Shown: piece by piece, positions 8,297 to 15,533 of the stretch | Position numbering within the stretch: position 1 is the first letter of the stretch | How the letters are laid out: every line of letters begins with the position of its first letter | Source of the DNA: Horticoccus luteus | GTDB lineage: Bacteria; Verrucomicrobiota; Verrucomicrobiia; Opitutales; Opitutaceae | Length of the DNA: 32,000 nt | NCBI RefSeq assembly: GCF_019464535.1 | Contig: NZ_CP080507.1 | Coordinates: forward strand, 2,430,001 to 2,462,000 | Direction of reading: 5' to 3' | Notes under the pieces: model-generated | The model's input: only the letters and a program-made list of their open reading frames with translations | Database searches by the model: none | What the model was told of the DNA's origin: nothing | Made by a program: the position numbers and the translations under genes

Positions 8297-9793
8297 ATGT
8301 CTGCCCACCACGAACTGCTCACCACGAATCGGAAGGCGCTCACGATCAATCTCGATGACGCGAAATACGGCACCTTCGCCGAGATCGGTGCCGGCCAGGA
8401 AGTGGCCCGCGTCTTCTTCCAAGCCGGCGGCGCGTCCGGCACCATCGCCAAGACCATTTCGGCCTACGACATGGTCTTCAGCGACTCCATCTACGGCAAG
8501 GCTGCGCGCTACGTTTCCCGCGAGCGACTCAGCCTCATGCTCGATCATGAATTCGATTTGCTGCGCGAACGCCTGGCGCAACATCGGGGCGATCGCACCA
8601 CGTTCTTTGTTTTCGCCGACACCGTCGCCACCACCAGTTTCCGTGGTAACAACGAAGCTCACGGCTGGCTCGGCGTGCGGTTCCAAACCGAGCCGCTCGG
8701 TCCGGCCAGCGAAATCGTCGTGCACGTTCACATGTGGGACAAGGAGAGCGTGCTGCAGCAGCAGGCGCTCGGTATCATCGGCGTCAATCTGATCTACGCG
8801 GCGTTCTACCACCGCGCCGCGCCGCTCGCGTTCATCGAATCCCTCGTCGACCACCTCGGCGCCGAACGCATCGAAATCGACATGCTGCGCTTCTCGGGCC
8901 CGGCATTTCCGCAAGTTGATCACCGGCTCATGGCGCTGCACCTGGTGCAAACCGGGCTGACCAACGCCGTCATGTTCGGTCCCCACGGCGATGTCTTGCA
9001 ACCCTCCGAAGTGCTTCATCGCAAACCCGTCCTCGTCGAACGCGGTGGGTTTCATCCCGTCACTCACGCGCAAATCGACCTGCTCCGCTGCGCCACCGCT
9101 CAATTTGTCGCGGACCCGCTCGTGGCGGGTAAAGACGTGGTCGTGCTCGCGGAACTGACCTTGAGCACCCTCGCCGCGCGCGGCGCGCTCGATTCGGCGG
9201 ATTGCCTCGCGCGGGTCGATCTCCTCGCAGCACTCGGCTACACGGTTTTGATTTCCAACTACGCCGAATTCTTCCGGCTCACTTCCTACTTCCGCCGCTA
9301 CACCAAGGAAATGATCGGCGTCGCCCTCGGCATCCGCAGCCTGCTCGAGGTGTTCAACGAAGAACGCTATGAGCCTCTCGAGGGCGGTTTGCTGGAATCC
9401 TTTGGCCGCATGTTTCGCCATGCCGTGAAACTTTACGTGTATCCGATGCTGCCCACCGCCTACGCGGCGTATTTGGCCAGCGACCGCGCGAGCGCCGCCG
9501 CGACTCGCCTTCCCCCGCCCCTCCCCGACGGTGCGCTCGTCACCGCCGAAAATCTCCCCATCACTCCGCATCTGCGCCACCTCTACGCCCACTTGCTGCA
9601 AAACGGCTATCTCACCTGCATCAACGGTTTTTCGCCCGACGCTCTCCCTATCTTCCCGTCCGATGTTCGCCGGCAAATCGTCGCGGGCGATGCGGCATGG
9701 GAGCGCGCGGTGCCAGCGGTGACCGCCGACGCGATCAAGCGCCGGCAACTCTTTGGTTACACCCCCACGGCCGGCGCCTCGCCGGCGACGTGA
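8297..9793 (+). CDS. Protein of unknown function (498 aa, cytoplasmic, no family name assigned)
   Basis: It is a long ORF with native GC3-rich codon usage. It has a distinctive N-terminal block, INLDDAKYGTFAEIGAGQEVARVFFQAGGASGTIAKTISAYDMVFSDSIYG. No TM segment or signal peptide is evident. I cannot tie it to a named enzyme family from sequence alone. Confidence 0.8.
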   Translation: MSAHHELLTTNRKALTINLDDAKYGTFAEIGAGQEVARVFFQAGGASGTIAKTISAYDMVFSDSIYGKAARYVSRERLSLMLDHEFDLLRERLAQHRGDRTTFFVFADTVATTSFRGNNEAHGWLGVRFQTEPLGPASEIVVHVHMWDKESVLQQQALGIIGVNLIYAAFYHRAAPLAFIESLVDHLGAERIEIDMLRFSGPAFPQVDHRLMALHLVQTGLTNAVMFGPHGDVLQPSEVLHRKPVLVERGGFHPVTHAQIDLLRCATAQFVADPLVAGKDVVVLAELTLSTLAARGALDSADCLARVDLLAALGYTVLISNYAEFFRLTSYFRRYTKEMIGVALGIRSLLEVFNEERYEPLEGGLLESFGRMFRHAVKLYVYPMLPTAYAAYLASDRASAAATRLPPPLPDGALVTAENLPITPHLRHLYAHLLQNGYLTCINGFSPDALPIFPSDVRRQIVAGDAAWERAVPAVTADAIKRRQLFGYTPTAGASPAT

Positions 9794-9844
9794 TCGCGCC
9801 GAATCGACCTCCCTCGCTCCGCCCTCTCCCCCACCTTGCTCGCC

Positions 9845-10696
9845 ATGCGCTTTTTTAAATATCACGCCTTGGGTAACGACTATCTCGTGCTCGATCCTCG
9901 CGATTTTCCCACGTGGCGGGAGCCCTCTGTCGCGCAGATTCGCGTCATCTGCCACCGCAACTTTGGCGTCGGTTCCGACGGCATTCTCTGGGGCCCTCTG
10001 CCCTCGCGAGACAGCGAATTCGGCCTGCGTATTTTTAATCCCGACGGCTCCGAAGCCGAGAAGTCGGGCAACGGCCTGCGCATCTTTTCCCGGTTCCTCT
10101 GGGATCAACGCCTGGTTTTAACGCCTTCGTTTAGTATCGAAACCCCCGGCGGCCCGGTCAGGTCCGTGATCAAAGAAAACGGCCACCTCATCACTGTGGC
10201 CATGGGCCGCGTGAGTTTTGCCAGCGACAAAATCCCTGTCGCCGGACCGCCGCGCGAGGTGCTGAACGAGCGCCTCATGATTCTCGATCGCGAATTCACC
10301 TTCTGCGCCGCGACGATCGGCAATCCACACTGCGTGATTCCCTTGAGCGAGATTTCGCCGGAGCTCGCGCACCGCTACGGTCCCCACTTCGAGACGCATC
10401 CGAATTTTCCGCGCAAGACCAACGTGCAGTTCCTGCAGGTGATCGATCGCGCCAACATTCGCATCGAGATCTGGGAACGCGGCGCCGGCTACACGCTTGC
10501 GTCCGGCAGCAGTTCCAGCGCCGCCGCTGCCGTTGCCCATCGCCTCGGCCTTGTCGATCGCGCCCTCACCGTGCACATGCCCGGCGGCGAGATCGGCATC
10601 GAGATCGGCGACGACTTTTCGATCATGATGACCGGCACCGTCAACAAAGTCGCCGAGGGCGAGATGCACCCGGACTTGTTTGCCGTGAACGTCTGA
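9845..10696 (+). CDS. dapF: Diaminopimelate epimerase
   Basis: The sequence has MRFFKYHALGNDYLVLD, the first active-site context NPDGSEAEKSGNGLR, and the second catalytic Cys context GNPHCV plus ERGAGYTLASGS. The length is ~283 aa. Confidence 0.9.
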   Translation: MRFFKYHALGNDYLVLDPRDFPTWREPSVAQIRVICHRNFGVGSDGILWGPLPSRDSEFGLRIFNPDGSEAEKSGNGLRIFSRFLWDQRLVLTPSFSIETPGGPVRSVIKENGHLITVAMGRVSFASDKIPVAGPPREVLNERLMILDREFTFCAATIGNPHCVIPLSEISPELAHRYGPHFETHPNFPRKTNVQFLQVIDRANIRIEIWERGAGYTLASGSSSSAAAAVAHRLGLVDRALTVHMPGGEIGIEIGDDFSIMMTGTVNKVAEGEMHPDLFAVNV

Positions 10697-10769
10697 GGCC
10701 GTCGTCTCCCGCCCAAAAAATCGGCCCTCTTCGCTGCGCGGTGCTTCCGCCGCCGCGCGCGTTACGCTC

Positions 10770-11393
10770 TTAGTATTTCACCGCGCAGCCGTAGGGCTGT
10801 GTGTTCGCCTTCGCGATCGGCTCGCCCGCCTTCAACTCCCGCAGCGCCGACGTAACGTAGTTTTCCGCCTTTGGAATATCGGCCTTGCTGGCTGAACGAA
10901 TGCTGTCGATCGCCCCTTGGTAAACGAGCTCCCCTTGGGGCGTGATGATGAACATGTGCGGCGTGGTCTTCGCTCCATACAGGCGCCCAACGCTCCCGTC
11001 TTCGTCGCGCATATACGCCGTCGGCGTGGCGTCGTGCGTCTTGAGCCAATCTCGCACCTCCTGCGCATTGTAGCTGCCCTGAGCGCCCGGATGGCCGGAG
11101 TTGATCGTCAACCAAACGACGCCGTCGGCCATCGCCCCCTTCTGCGTGCGCGGGAGGTTGCCGCTCTCATAATGCTTCTTCACGAATGGACACTCCGGGT
11201 TGAACCATTCCAGCACCACGGTTTTGCCGCGATAATCGGAAAGCCGGTGTGACTGACCATTGATGTCCGCCAACGTGAAGTCAGGTGCCGCCTCGCCCAC
11301 CTTTGCCGACGCCGCCTTCACTCCTGACGCGCCACCCGCGATCAATGCGACCAACGCCGTCAAAACAACCAGCCGGGAAATCATGTTTTTCAT
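10770..11393 (-). CDS. Secreted thioredoxin-fold redoxin (AhpC/TSA-like family)
   Basis: It has a signal peptide (MKNMISRLVVLTALVALIAGGASGVKA). The motifs APDFTLADINGQSHRLSDYRGKTVVLEWFNPECPFVKKHY are typical of the redoxin fold. I prefer the start at 11393 to the tracked 11453. Confidence 0.8.
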   Translation of the reverse strand: MKNMISRLVVLTALVALIAGGASGVKAASAKVGEAAPDFTLADINGQSHRLSDYRGKTVVLEWFNPECPFVKKHYESGNLPRTQKGAMADGVVWLTINSGHPGAQGSYNAQEVRDWLKTHDATPTAYMRDEDGSVGRLYGAKTTPHMFIITPQGELVYQGAIDSIRSASKADIPKAENYVTSALRELKAGEPIAKANTQPYGCAVKY

Positions 11394-11526
11394 AAAAAAG
11401 AAGATCCGGCAGCGTGTCCGGCCTTTCAGATTTGGCCAGCCGCGTTTGCGCATTCCGGGCGCCCCCGCCGTCCGTTAACGCTGTTGCGCGCGCCCACCAA
11501 GCCGCCACACTGAGCGCCCGCCGTTC

Positions 11527-13134
11527 ATGTCTCACACGATTTCCACCAGCGCTCTCCCGCCCGCGCCACGCGTCGGGGTGCTGGTGTGGGCCAACAGTAT
11601 CGTGCTCGCCGTGCTGACGGTCGCATTTTGCGTCTACGTTTTTCCCCAATGGTGGAATAATCCCGACCTCTCCCACGGTCTCGCCATGCCCGTGGTGGTC
11701 GTCCTGCTGGGAGCCGATGTCATTGGACGCCGCCCCGGCTGGCATCCCCGCGTGAACGGTTTGCTTTGGCTCGCCTGCGGCGCCCTCGCGCTGCTCGGCT
11801 TCGCTGCGCTCGGCGTCGCCGGAATTTACGCCGCCTCCATGGAGTGGACGCATCCGTTTGTGTATTTCACACTCGCGATCGCGTTGGTATCGTTGTCCGC
11901 GGCAGTCGCGCTGGTGCTGGCCAGCCGCCCCATCGGCGCAGTCACTTTTAACTGGGCCGCGGTGACGATTCTCGCGCTCTGGTTGCTCAGCGTGCCGCTG
12001 CCCCCAGGCTCGCTCGCGCGCCTCACCATCAACCTTCAGCTCTGGATCACCGACCACGTGCTGGGCGCGCTGCATCTTCTCGGCATCCCCGCGAACCAGC
12101 ATGGCAACGTCATCGTGTTGGCCCAGGCCACTGTCGGCGTGGAAGAAGCCTGTAGCGGCGTCCGCAGCCTCGTATCCTGTGTGTTCGCCGGGCTCTTTTT
12201 TTCGGCGACACTCGTCCGCCGCCCATGGCCGCGCGTTCTGCTGATCGCCCTCGCCGCGCCGCTCGCGTTGACGATGAACTTTCTGCGCTCGTTAACGCTG
12301 ACCCTGCTCGCCAACGCCGGAGTCGATATTTCCGGTTTCTGGCACGATGCCACCGGGTATTCCGTGCTCGGTATCACGGCACTGATCCTCGGCGGTTTGG
12401 CCCTCCTCCTCGGTCGCGTCTCCGCTCCTCCCACGACGCCAACGCCGCCTCCCGCCGTCCCGCGCTCCCGGCCGCGCGGGTTGCTCTGGTCGCTTCTCGG
12501 TGTGCAATGCGCCGTCGTCGCTCTAATCCTCTTTTTCCTCTCCGGCGCGCGCCCCCCCGATCACAACAATTTACCCCGGCCGGATCTCGCCGCACTCCTT
12601 CCCGCCACTCCTCGCGGCTGGCTGGTCAAAACGGAAACGGATCTCCAACGCTACAGTCCTATCCTGCGCACCGATGCCATGGAGCAACGCACCTACGTCC
12701 GGCCCGACGGCGACAAGACCATCCAGCTCACCGTTTACCTCGCTTATTGGGCGCCCGGCCAAGTGCCCGTCAGTCTCGTCGCCTCGCATACGCCCGACCT
12801 CTGCTGGCCAGGCGCCGGCTGGGAGGCCCTCGATCGCGCCCGCGTGACGCTTCACCTCCGCGATCAACCGCTCCCTCCCGCCGAATTCCGTCGCTTTCGC
12901 AACGGCGACTTCCCGCAAAACGTCTGGTTCTGGCATCTCTACGATGGCCAACCGATCAACTACGACCCGCCGACCGACCCCCAGTCGCTGCTTAAACTCG
13001 CGTTGCACTACCGCTTTCGGCACGGCGGTAGTCAGTTTTTCGTGCGCTTCTCCAGTAATCAACCGTGGGCGGTTCTCGCGCGCGAACCCCTCGTGCAGGA
13101 AATCATCCACGGCCTTCAACCCCTCGGCCTATAA
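11527..13134 (+). CDS. Exosortase (EpsH-like) fused to a C-terminal EpsI-family domain
   Basis: The N-terminal half is polytopic and carries the exosortase catalytic signatures VGVEEACSGVRSL (Cys), NFLRS (Arg) and FWHDATGY (His). After a Pro-rich linker and a final TM segment, the C-terminal ~200 aa resembles EpsI/DUF3485 (YVRPDGDKTIQLTVYLAYW...SHTPDLCWPGAGWE). Confidence 0.9.
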   Translation: MSHTISTSALPPAPRVGVLVWANSIVLAVLTVAFCVYVFPQWWNNPDLSHGLAMPVVVVLLGADVIGRRPGWHPRVNGLLWLACGALALLGFAALGVAGIYAASMEWTHPFVYFTLAIALVSLSAAVALVLASRPIGAVTFNWAAVTILALWLLSVPLPPGSLARLTINLQLWITDHVLGALHLLGIPANQHGNVIVLAQATVGVEEACSGVRSLVSCVFAGLFFSATLVRRPWPRVLLIALAAPLALTMNFLRSLTLTLLANAGVDISGFWHDATGYSVLGITALILGGLALLLGRVSAPPTTPTPPPAVPRSRPRGLLWSLLGVQCAVVALILFFLSGARPPDHNNLPRPDLAALLPATPRGWLVKTETDLQRYSPILRTDAMEQRTYVRPDGDKTIQLTVYLAYWAPGQVPVSLVASHTPDLCWPGAGWEALDRARVTLHLRDQPLPPAEFRRFRNGDFPQNVWFWHLYDGQPINYDPPTDPQSLLKLALHYRFRHGGSQFFVRFSSNQPWAVLAREPLVQEIIHGLQPLGL

Positions 13135-13138
13135 ACTC

Positions 13139-13231
13139 ATGCCACTTCGCGTCACCCGCAGCGAACGGATCGCGCTCACCCTCCTCGCTTTTCTGATCGT
13201 CCTCGGGCTCTTCGGATTCTGGGTGCTATGA
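13139..13231 (+). CDS. Candidate 30-aa single-pass membrane micro-protein
   Basis: The product is MPLRVTRSERIALTLLAFLIVLGLFGFWVL, a basic N-terminus followed by one hydrophobic helix. It starts 4 nt after the exosortase stop. Its stop overlaps the next start (ATGA at 13228-13231), which suggests translational coupling. Short length limits certainty. Confidence 0.45.
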   Translation: MPLRVTRSERIALTLLAFLIVLGLFGFWVL

Positions 13232-13776
13232 ACGTCCGCCGCATCCCGCGCGTGCTCGCGCTCCTCCTCCTCGCCCTCGCCGCCCTGATCGCCGCCGTTG
13301 GGTGGGTCCAGCGTGATTTGGACGCGCGGCGCCGCGCCCTCAGCCTCACCGCCGAACGCGATCTCGCCCGCCTCGAACTCCGCAGCCTGCACAACGAACT
13401 CGCCGCGGAACACCTCCTGGCCGAACACGCGCGCAACTCCGACACTCCGTTCCACCGTCTTGTTTTCCTGCGGTCCGCCGACGCCGCCGCCCCATGCGCC
13501 ATCGTCGCGTGGAATGCGGCCGGCAGGTCGGCATTTTTCGCCGCGGACTTTCTCGGTCCTCTGCCCGACGGAGAAAGCTACGTGCTACTCGCCCGCTTCG
13601 GCACCTCGACTCGCGTCTGCTTGGCGATCTCGTCGGCCAAGCTCTCGCCTCACCTTCGCACGGCGTTTCCGTGGCCGGTCGACGCGCCGGATGCGACACC
13701 TGTTTTCAGTCTCGTCCGACGCTCGGACGCGGGCACCGACACCGATCGTGCCTTTCTTGTGGAAACCCAGCCGTGA
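13228..13776 (+). CDS. Membrane-anchored protein of unknown function (weak resemblance to the anti-sigma-K RskA C-terminal domain)
   Basis: Codon usage is native GC3-rich. It has an N-terminal TM anchor (IPRVLALLLLALAALIAAVGWV), a coiled Arg/Leu/Glu segment, then a domain with IVAWNAAGRSAFFAADFLGPLPDGESYVLLA that is reminiscent of RskA-type extracytoplasmic domains. The function call is low confidence. Confidence 0.7.
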   Translation: MNVRRIPRVLALLLLALAALIAAVGWVQRDLDARRRALSLTAERDLARLELRSLHNELAAEHLLAEHARNSDTPFHRLVFLRSADAAAPCAIVAWNAAGRSAFFAADFLGPLPDGESYVLLARFGTSTRVCLAISSAKLSPHLRTAFPWPVDAPDATPVFSLVRRSDAGTDTDRAFLVETQP

Positions 13777-13864
13777 GGGTCGCCGTCCGCGCTTCGCCCC
13801 AACCCGCGCTCCTCCAAACTTGAATCTTGTCACCGCCGCACTGCGTTCGGAGTCTCGCTCGCTT

Positions 13865-15049
13865 ATGATCATCAAGCCCAAGGTCCGCGGTTTCGTTTGC
13901 GTCACCGCCCATCCCACCGGTTGCGCCGCGCACGTGCAGGAATGGATCGATTACGTGAAGCGGAAGGGCCCCATCGCGAACGGACCGAAGAAGGTCTTGG
14001 TCATCGGCTCGTCCACCGGCTACGGCCTCGCCTCGCGCATCACCGCGGCTTTCGGCAGCGGCGCCGCGACCCTCGGCATATTTTTTGAGCGCCCCTCTGA
14101 AGAAGGCCGCACCGCCACGCCCGGTTGGTATAACACCATCGCGTTTACCAAAGCCGCCCACGCCGCCGGCCTCTACGCCAAGAACATCAATGGCGACGCG
14201 TTTTCCACCGACATCAAACGCCAGGCTCTCGACCTCATTCGCGCCGACCTCGGCCAGATCGATCTCGTTGTCTACTCCCTCGCCTCTCCGCGGCGCACGC
14301 ATCCCGCCACCGGCGTCGTCCATAAATCCGTTCTGAAACCGGTCGGCGCGTCCTACACCAACAAAACCGTCGATACCGACAAAGGCATCGTCAGCTCCGT
14401 CACGATCGAACCCGCCAACGAAGCCGAGATCGCCGACACCACCGCCGTCATGGGCGGCGAAGACTGGGAGCTCTGGCTCGGCGCCTTGCGCGATGCCAAC
14501 CTCCTCGCCCCCGGCGCGCAAACGGTCGCCTACTCCTACATCGGCCCCGAAGTCACCTGGCCGATCTACAAAAACGGCACCATTGGCCTCGCCAAAAACG
14601 ATCTCGAACGCGCCGCCCGCGCCATCGACGCCCAACTCAAAACCACCGGCGGCCGCGCCTTCATCTCCGTCAACAAAGCCCTCGTCACGCAGGCCAGCTC
14701 CGCGATCCCGGTCGTGCCGCTCTATATTTCCATCCTCTACAAAGTCATGAAGGCGGCGGGCACCCACGAAGGCTGCATCGAGCAAATGCAACGCCTCTTC
14801 GCCACGCAGATGTATAACGGCCACTCGCCCTCCTTCGACGACGCCGGCCGCGCCCGCGTCGACGACTGGGAAATGCGCCCCGAAATCCAATCCGCCGTCG
14901 CCCGCATCTGGCCCGACGTCACCACGGAAAATCTCGCCGACCTCACCGACATCGCCGGCTATCGCAGCGAGTTCCTCAAGCTTTTCGGCTTCGGCCTGCC
15001 CAACGTGAATTACGAGGCGGACGTCGAGCCGCACGTGCCGATGGTCTGA
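13865..15049 (+). CDS. fabV: Enoyl-[acyl-carrier-protein] reductase FabV (trans-2-enoyl-CoA reductase family)
   Basis: The N-terminus MIIKPKVRGFVCVTAHPTGCAAHVQEWIDYVK is the FabV signature. GSSTGYGLASRI is the NADH-binding loop. The length is ~394 aa. The tracked ORF start at 13298 is an upstream in-frame artefact. Confidence 0.9.
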   Translation: MIIKPKVRGFVCVTAHPTGCAAHVQEWIDYVKRKGPIANGPKKVLVIGSSTGYGLASRITAAFGSGAATLGIFFERPSEEGRTATPGWYNTIAFTKAAHAAGLYAKNINGDAFSTDIKRQALDLIRADLGQIDLVVYSLASPRRTHPATGVVHKSVLKPVGASYTNKTVDTDKGIVSSVTIEPANEAEIADTTAVMGGEDWELWLGALRDANLLAPGAQTVAYSYIGPEVTWPIYKNGTIGLAKNDLERAARAIDAQLKTTGGRAFISVNKALVTQASSAIPVVPLYISILYKVMKAAGTHEGCIEQMQRLFATQMYNGHSPSFDDAGRARVDDWEMRPEIQSAVARIWPDVTTENLADLTDIAGYRSEFLKLFGFGLPNVNYEADVEPHVPMV

Positions 15050-15062
15050 CGGCTCTGCTCCG

Positions 15063-15515
15063 GTGCGCGTCGTTCTTCAACGCGTCAGTCAGGCGCACGT
15101 CACCATCGCCGGGCGCGTCGTTGGCCGCATCGATCGCGGCCTCCTCATCCTCCTCGGCATCGCCGCCGGCGACACGTTGTCCGACGCCGAATGGCTCGTC
15201 CGCAAGATCGTCGGCCTGCGTATTTTTCCCGACGACGCCGGCGCGCTCAATCGCTCCGTGCAGGACGTCGCTGGAGATCTCCTCGTGATCAGTCAGTTCA
15301 CCTTGATCGCGAGCACTCGCAAAGGCACGCGCCCGTCGTTCAACGACGCGGCGCGTCTCGATGCTGCGCGCCCGCTCTACGAACAATTTCTTGATCTCGC
15401 CGCCACCGCCCTCGGCCGCCCTGTCGCTGCCGGCGAGTTCGGCGCCGACATGCAGGTTGCCCTCGTGAACGACGGCCCGGTCACGATCGTCATCGACTCC
15501 CGGCAACGCGAATAA
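15063..15515 (+). CDS. dtd: D-aminoacyl-tRNA deacylase
   Basis: It uses a GTG start. The motifs are MRVVLQRVSQAHV, GLLILLGI, SQFTL and GTRPSF. The length is 150 aa. Confidence 0.9.
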   Translation: MRVVLQRVSQAHVTIAGRVVGRIDRGLLILLGIAAGDTLSDAEWLVRKIVGLRIFPDDAGALNRSVQDVAGDLLVISQFTLIASTRKGTRPSFNDAARLDAARPLYEQFLDLAATALGRPVAAGEFGADMQVALVNDGPVTIVIDSRQRE

Positions 15516-15533
15516 CTCTCGCGTCCGCACTCG

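Noticed and set aside
8219-10108. 629-aa ORF on the - strand opposite the 498-aa unknown protein and the dapF start
   Set aside because: The + strand frame has native codon bias and a coherent, motif-bearing sequence. The antisense product is Gly/Ala/Arg/Glu low-complexity.
13139-13231. The 30-aa micro-ORF as a PEP-CTERM sorting substrate
   Set aside because: It lacks the Pro-Glu-Pro motif and the C-terminal Arg cluster. Its topology, a basic N-terminus followed by a TM helix, is the reverse of a PEP-CTERM tail.
13298-13864. Upstream in-frame extension of fabV (tracked as a 583-aa ORF), and the 13706-15034 - strand ORF
   Set aside because: FabV proteins start at MIIKPK... (13865). The extension is Pro/Arg/Ser-rich and overlaps the better-supported 13228-13776 gene in another frame.
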